Below, one piece after another: positions 59,083-64,000 of a stretch of DNA of 64,000 nt (position 1 is the stretch's first letter; every line of letters starts with the position of its first letter). The stretch lies in assembly GCA_003731685.1 (NCBI GenBank), contig RCNO01000004.1, positions 2,222 to 66,221 on the forward strand, read 5' to 3'. The position numbers and the translations under genes are program-made. The DNA is from Bacteroidetes/Chlorobi group bacterium MS-B_bin-24 (GTDB taxonomy: Bacteria; Bacteroidota; Ignavibacteria; Kapaibacteriales; UBA2268). The notes beneath the pieces were generated by a model. The model was not told where the DNA came from, ran no database searches, and saw nothing but the letters and a program-made list of their open reading frames with translations.

Positions 59083-59672
59083 CAGGAGTAATTCTCGCCG
59101 GTGGGAAAAGTTCCCGTATGGGAGTGAACAAATCTTTTTTGAAATTAGGAAATCAAACAATTATCGAACGCCTTGTCGATTTAATGAAATCGATTTTCTC
59201 GGAAGTAATAATTATTACGAACACACCCGATGAATATAAATTTCTGAACATTCCTTTGTACGAAGATATTTACAAATGGAAAGGACCTTTGGCTGGGATA
59301 CACTCGGCATTAATTCATTCCAAGTCCGAAAGAATATTTGTTTTGGCCTGCGACCTTCCATTTATTTCAAAAGAGATGATTGAGTACATTCTTGATTATC
59401 CTACTGCAAAACCTGTTGTTTTTTGTCAAGCTGGGGGATTCCATCAACCATTGGTTGGTATCTATTCTAAAAGTATTTTACCAAATGTAGAAAATTTTTT
59501 ATCAAGCAACGACTTTAGCGATAAGTCTTTCCATACCTTTTTGAAAACAATAGATGTTGAAATTATTCACCCCGAAAACCTACCTTTCTATAAAGAAGAG
59601 TTATTTTTTAATTTGAATACCACAGAGGATTATCTAAAATTGATAGATTTATGGCAAACTTTTACTTTTTAA
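59067..59672 (+). CDS. mobA: Molybdenum cofactor guanylyltransferase
   Basis: GVILAGGKSSRMG, GPLAGIHSAL and LACDLPF. Confidence 0.85.
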   Translation: MHSHITGVILAGGKSSRMGVNKSFLKLGNQTIIERLVDLMKSIFSEVIIITNTPDEYKFLNIPLYEDIYKWKGPLAGIHSALIHSKSERIFVLACDLPFISKEMIEYILDYPTAKPVVFCQAGGFHQPLVGIYSKSILPNVENFLSSNDFSDKSFHTFLKTIDVEIIHPENLPFYKEELFFNLNTTEDYLKLIDLWQTFTF

Positions 59673-59763
59673 TTCGTTATAATTTCTAAAAAATTTTGAA
59701 CATTTTCTGGTATTTTTATTTGGTTATTTTTGAAAATTCTATTAATTTTGTATTTGATTTTAT

Positions 59764-59837
59764 TCCTGAGTAGCTCAGCTGGTTAGAGCACCTGACTGTT
59801 AATCAGGGGGTCCGGGGTTCGAATCCCCGCTCAGGAG
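59764..59837 (+). tRNA. tRNA-Asn (anticodon GTT)
   Basis: Acceptor stem TCCTGAG/CTCAGGA, D-arm TAGCTCAGCTGGTTAGAGC, anticodon loop CTGTTAA, T-arm GGGGTTCGAATCCCC. No encoded CCA. Confidence 0.9.
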
Positions 59838-59922
59838 CTTTTTGGTCAAGCTACCCTCCGTAATCCTTAATTTTTATTAATTTTGGTTTTGTTGTTATGT
59901 TATTTTTTGTATGAGTTGAAAA

Positions 59923-62844
59923 ATGAAAAAGTGTTTGTTTTTGTTGATTTGGTTAGTACCATATTTACTTTTTTCACAACTTGAGTATAGGATGTTACCA
60001 CCAATTTTTGATGCCGAAAAGTCTGTGTTGAGCTCTTACAACGATGTTTTCAAACCCAAAGAAATACCTTTGGATAAACTCGAAAAGGGTCCAGAAAGAA
60101 TTTTAACTTCATCAGGTATTCAAATCATCAATATTGTTAAGTCTGTTGGTGGTCAATCCGAAACTTTTATAACCCGGCACCCACTCAATCCCAATGTCAT
60201 TGTGGCTGCAGCAAACGATATGCAGTATAATTCACCTGCCAGTAGATATCGAATGGCGGCATATTATTCCACGGACGGAGGTCAAACCTGGAATACATCT
60301 TTAACCCCGCCAAATGCTGATGTGTTTGTTCCAACGCCAACCAATGGCGGAATGACAAATGTTGACCCCGGCTTGGCGTTCGATTCAAAAGGCACGCTGT
60401 ATTATTCATACATCTTTACGCAAGTATCAAATGAGGGTAATATTGAAGATGGCGGCGTGTTTGTTAATAAATCGACCGATAATGGTGCTACTTGGAGCCA
60501 ACCTATTCCTGTTGCTCTCTCTGTTGGTGGTGGAGCTTCGCAAGATTCACACGACAAGCCATTTATTGCTTGCGATGCTAATCCAAATTCGCCATTTAAG
60601 GACCGTGTCTACGTCACTTGGTATTTGATTTCGCCAAGCCAAGGTTCAACGATAGGCTTTTCCTATTCAGCTAATGGTGAAGATTTTGCCCCAGTAGTAA
60701 AGGTTCCCGGAAGCATCGGAATGGGTGGCGTTCAATCGCCAATGCCAATTGTTGCATCTGATGGGACTTTGTATGTTGTTTGGGAAAACAAAAACAACAA
60801 TTATACGAGCATTATGGTCCAAAAATCCACAAATGGTGGAGTAAGTTGGGCCTGGACAAGTCCAAAAGTCGCTCAAACTGTTGTTACTATTGGGGAAAAA
60901 GTTAATCTTCGTATGGCATTGCCAAACAAGGGGAATATGCGTGTTTCATCGCATCCATACATTTGTTTTGGCGATAATCCAAATAAACTTTTCATTGTTC
61001 AAGCGGGCAAAGACGATAAAAGTAAATATGGGATTTATCTTGCAAAATCAACCGACGGCGGTGAAACTTGGACGAGTAAGATTAAAGTGGATGATAATCC
61101 TTATGGCAATGATATGTTTTTCTCGGCAGTGGCATACGACCCAAAAACGAAAATTTTAGCAGTGGCTTATTATTCTTCACAAATGGACGCCCAAAATAAA
61201 GCAGTTGATTTGTTTGTTTCGGTGTCTTTCGACGAGGGTAAGACTTGGAAAAGCATTCGTGTTACCCCAGAATCTTGGTATCTTGACCACGCAAACGCTG
61301 TGATAGATGCTGGTGGAGCTTCTCTTGGCCGCTATTGGGGCGATTATCTTTCGATGATAGCATTCGATGGCAAAATTATGCCTTGCTTCTGGATGCCTAA
61401 TAATCCAAGAGGTACTTTTTATTCTAACAATGCATATGTGGCTATTTTAACGACAGCACCTAAACCCCCTGATAGTTTGAATTACATTAATTCATATAAG
61501 GAACCAAATAAAATTGTTTTGAAATGGAAAGACCCTAAAGAAAATCAGTTGGGCGGTGCCCTTGGAAATTTCAAGATTCATATTTACAAGGATAACACGA
61601 AGATTGCTGAAGTTAACAAAGGTGTCGAAACTTATACCTATGAAAATCTTGTTGATGGCGAATATTTTACTTTCAATTTAAAAACTGTTGATGAGACAGG
61701 CTTAGAAAGTCCGTTTGTATCTATTTCAGGGGTTGCTGGTGGTGCATTGCAACCACTACCTCCCGAGATTATCTCGGCTAAACCAAACGAAAACGGAATA
61801 CTTTTGACTTGGAGGTATCCATCAACACATATCGACAGTTCATACTTCCACGATTATGAGGCTTTGGAAGTTTTTGCCGATACAACAAAAGTTTATTCTA
61901 TCGATAAAAGTAATTTGACCGTTGGTGAGGTTCAAACGGCGGTTATTCCTGTGCCAACCAAAAAGTTTTACAAAATCAAAATTCGGGCAGTTGGGAAGCG
62001 AGGAGACAAATTGATCCCGAGTGAGTTTTCAAATGAGCTTCTTGCTTATTCTGGTGCTCCTTTGAGCACTTTAAATGAGAATTTTGATGATATAAATAAT
62101 TTGACCCCTTACTATACTCAAGGCACTACTGGAACTTGGGGCTTAACAAATGTGGCTTTTGTTTCGCCTCCAAATTCGTTGACAGATTCTCCAAATGGTG
62201 ATTACAAGCCAAAGTCCGACAATTTCGTTATTTTCGCTCCTGTTGTTGTCAAAGCACCAAATTTGACTTTAAGCTTCGAAGAGATTGCAATCATCGATAG
62301 CTCAGGTGATGCGGGTATAATTAGTATTTCTCGGGATTTTGGTCGAAGTTGGAAGGATATTGCATTTATCGATATGAGAAGGTCGGCGGGCTTTAAAGAT
62401 AATGTTTCCCAAAGTCAGTGGTTTACCGAGCATCGAAGTTTGGCTGATTTCGAAAACGATACAGTTTTGATTAAATTTACTCTGACTTCAAATCCATTAA
62501 AAAACAAGGATGGTTGGTATATCGACAATTTGAGGCTGGATGCAAGCGTCGACTGGGTGAATGATTGGTTTACTTCCGCAGAGCAATTCGATGCTAATGT
62601 AAGCCCAAATCCAACTTCGGGCAGTTCTTCGTTGTATTTAACGATTTATTGCCCCGGAACTCTGGAAGTTGAATTGATTGACATATTAGGCAGGAAGATA
62701 CAAACTATTTTCCCAACACAGAAAGTTTTTGCTGGTCAGGTAAAATTCGATTTGACATTCGATAACCTTATTCAGGGAATTTATTTCGTTCGTATTAAGT
62801 TTAATAATTTAATGCGAAGTTTGCCTGTTGTGTTGATGCATTAA
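59923..62844 (+). CDS. Secreted BNR/sialidase-like repeat protein with FN3-like region and T9SS sorting domain (973 aa)
   Basis: STDGGQTWN, STDNGATWS, STNGGVSWA, STDGGETWT, SFDEGKTWK and SRDFGRSWK. C-terminal VSPNPTSGSSSLYL...GIYFVRIKF tail. Confidence 0.8.
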   Translation: MKKCLFLLIWLVPYLLFSQLEYRMLPPIFDAEKSVLSSYNDVFKPKEIPLDKLEKGPERILTSSGIQIINIVKSVGGQSETFITRHPLNPNVIVAAANDMQYNSPASRYRMAAYYSTDGGQTWNTSLTPPNADVFVPTPTNGGMTNVDPGLAFDSKGTLYYSYIFTQVSNEGNIEDGGVFVNKSTDNGATWSQPIPVALSVGGGASQDSHDKPFIACDANPNSPFKDRVYVTWYLISPSQGSTIGFSYSANGEDFAPVVKVPGSIGMGGVQSPMPIVASDGTLYVVWENKNNNYTSIMVQKSTNGGVSWAWTSPKVAQTVVTIGEKVNLRMALPNKGNMRVSSHPYICFGDNPNKLFIVQAGKDDKSKYGIYLAKSTDGGETWTSKIKVDDNPYGNDMFFSAVAYDPKTKILAVAYYSSQMDAQNKAVDLFVSVSFDEGKTWKSIRVTPESWYLDHANAVIDAGGASLGRYWGDYLSMIAFDGKIMPCFWMPNNPRGTFYSNNAYVAILTTAPKPPDSLNYINSYKEPNKIVLKWKDPKENQLGGALGNFKIHIYKDNTKIAEVNKGVETYTYENLVDGEYFTFNLKTVDETGLESPFVSISGVAGGALQPLPPEIISAKPNENGILLTWRYPSTHIDSSYFHDYEALEVFADTTKVYSIDKSNLTVGEVQTAVIPVPTKKFYKIKIRAVGKRGDKLIPSEFSNELLAYSGAPLSTLNENFDDINNLTPYYTQGTTGTWGLTNVAFVSPPNSLTDSPNGDYKPKSDNFVIFAPVVVKAPNLTLSFEEIAIIDSSGDAGIISISRDFGRSWKDIAFIDMRRSAGFKDNVSQSQWFTEHRSLADFENDTVLIKFTLTSNPLKNKDGWYIDNLRLDASVDWVNDWFTSAEQFDANVSPNPTSGSSSLYLTIYCPGTLEVELIDILGRKIQTIFPTQKVFAGQVKFDLTFDNLIQGIYFVRIKFNNLMRSLPVVLMH

Positions 62845-62858
62845 TAAAGTTGTTTATA

Positions 62859-64000
62859 TTGAAGGGATTTCCAAATTTACCGTCGGAAAAGAAAATCATT
62901 AAAATTTTCCCTCAAAACATAACGAAGGAGTTAGGCTCTTTTGCAATAAACTTTGCAGGGAATCCTTTTATTCAAAAGTTTATTAGGAACTTAAAAGATA
63001 ATTTGCTCATCGAGCCTAATTCGAAAATTTTGGTTGGGGTCAGTGGGGGAGTGGATTCTGTTGCACTTCTGGACGCTTTGTATTGCACAAGACATTATAT
63101 TCCATTTGAAATAGCAATTGCCCACCTAAATCATTTATTAAGAGGTGAGGAATCGGATGCTGACGAAGAATTGGTGAAGGAACTTGCCGAAAAGTATGCA
63201 TTGTTGCTTTTTCTCCAAAGAACAAATGTCAAGGAATTTGCCGAAAAGCATTCGTTGAATCTTGCAGAGGGGGCTCGAATTGTTCGATACGATTTTTTCC
63301 GAAGGGCAAGCCAATCTTTTTCGGCGAAATATATTGCCACTGCACACAATGCCAACGACCAGGCAGAAACCGTTTTGTTTAATTTATTCCGTGGAACTGG
63401 AATTGCTGGATTGCGTGGTATTGCCGAGAAGAACGAAATTTCAAAAGGTTTGTATTTGATTAGACCATTTTTGAATTTTACACGCGAAGAAATTCAGAAT
63501 TATGCAATTACGCGGAATCTGACTTGGCGGGAAGATTCTTCGAATCAATCATTGCAATATGTTCGAAATCGAATTCGTTTGCAGTTAATTCCACTTCTGC
63601 AAAAAGATTTTAATCCCAATATCTTAGAAAATTTGAATCGAACAGCAAAACTGGCTCGGGAAGTTCAACGAATTGTGTCGAATCAGATTCAGAGCCTATA
63701 TGATAGGTTTGTTATCGAAAGAAACTCAAAAGAGATAGAGCTGCAATTGCAAGGTCTACAACATTTTGATGATTTCCTTATTGGAGAGTTGCTTCAGGAA
63801 ATTGTAAGAAAGAATTTCGATGAACTTTTATCTTTTGGGAAGATACAAGAGTTGAAAAAACTATTTAACGCAAATCCGGGCAAGGTGGTTTCGTTGCAAA
63901 AAAATTTGTTTGCTTTTAAGAATCGTGATAAGATATTTTTCATTCAGCGGGAAATTATTAAATCGAAGCAAAAAGAGATAGTGATAAAAAAGACTGGGCA
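62859..64000 (+). CDS. tilS: tRNA(Ile)-lysidine synthetase, partial (runs off the window). The start is uncertain.
   Basis: My own translation gives KILVGVSGGVDSVALL (PP-loop SGGxDS), IAHLNHLLRGEESD, ATAHNANDQAETVLFNLFRGTG and IRPFL. It is open-ended, so it is absent from the ORF track. Candidate TTG starts are at 62850 and 62859. Confidence 0.8.
   Translation, partial: MKGFPNLPSEKKIIKIFPQNITKELGSFAINFAGNPFIQKFIRNLKDNLLIEPNSKILVGVSGGVDSVALLDALYCTRHYIPFEIAIAHLNHLLRGEESDADEELVKELAEKYALLLFLQRTNVKEFAEKHSLNLAEGARIVRYDFFRRASQSFSAKYIATAHNANDQAETVLFNLFRGTGIAGLRGIAEKNEISKGLYLIRPFLNFTREEIQNYAITRNLTWREDSSNQSLQYVRNRIRLQLIPLLQKDFNPNILENLNRTAKLAREVQRIVSNQIQSLYDRFVIERNSKEIELQLQGLQHFDDFLIGELLQEIVRKNFDELLSFGKIQELKKLFNANPGKVVSLQKNLFAFKNRDKIFFIQREIIKSKQKEIVIKKTG

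Noticed and set aside
59764-59922. tRNA-Asn as the integration site of a genomic island
   Set aside because: There is no integrase and no partial tRNA direct repeat. The flanking genes (mobA and the BNR/T9SS protein) have ordinary composition. The AT-rich operon lies 14 kb away.

Overview
64-kb chromosomal window from a low-GC bacterium that uses the type IX secretion system (T9SS). Gene content looks like Ignavibacteriota/Bacteroidota, but that placement is inference from gene families only. About 50 genes are supportable.

Most of the window is housekeeping:
- cell wall: mraY, murF, a lytic transglycosylase, dapF
- translation and tRNA modification: glnS, miaB, queA, tilS, der, tRNA-Asn
- repair and stress: recG, htpG, yicC
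- redox: an ActABC/Qrc-like quinone-interacting module, a membrane HdrD-like Fe-S oxidoreductase, nfnAB
- a molybdenum cofactor cluster: moaA, moaC, a MOSC gene, moeA, mobA
- two TonB-dependent receptors, one behind a clear TPP riboswitch
- five large secreted BNR/SBBP-repeat proteins with T9SS C-terminal sorting domains

The stand-out is a markedly AT-rich, translationally coupled three-gene operon at 41770-45956. It encodes a compact SF1 UvrD-like helicase plus two large proteins (about 606 aa and 402 aa) that I cannot assign to any family. It is wedged between redox housekeeping genes with no mobility genes. I read it as a candidate uncharacterised defence or conflict system.

Other notable observations:
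- Three conserved ORFs are interrupted by in-frame TGA codons: an SBBP adhesin, a CMD-family gene and chrA. The chrA gene also carries a homopolymer frameshift.
- A family of inverted heptamer-array elements (CAC[A/G][A/G]AG) sits in the 5' leaders of three Moco genes.
- A strong plus-strand terminator lies between two minus-strand genes with no gene attached.
- The ACIII-like cluster is truncated to actABC.

No CRISPR array, rRNA, transposase or integrase was seen.
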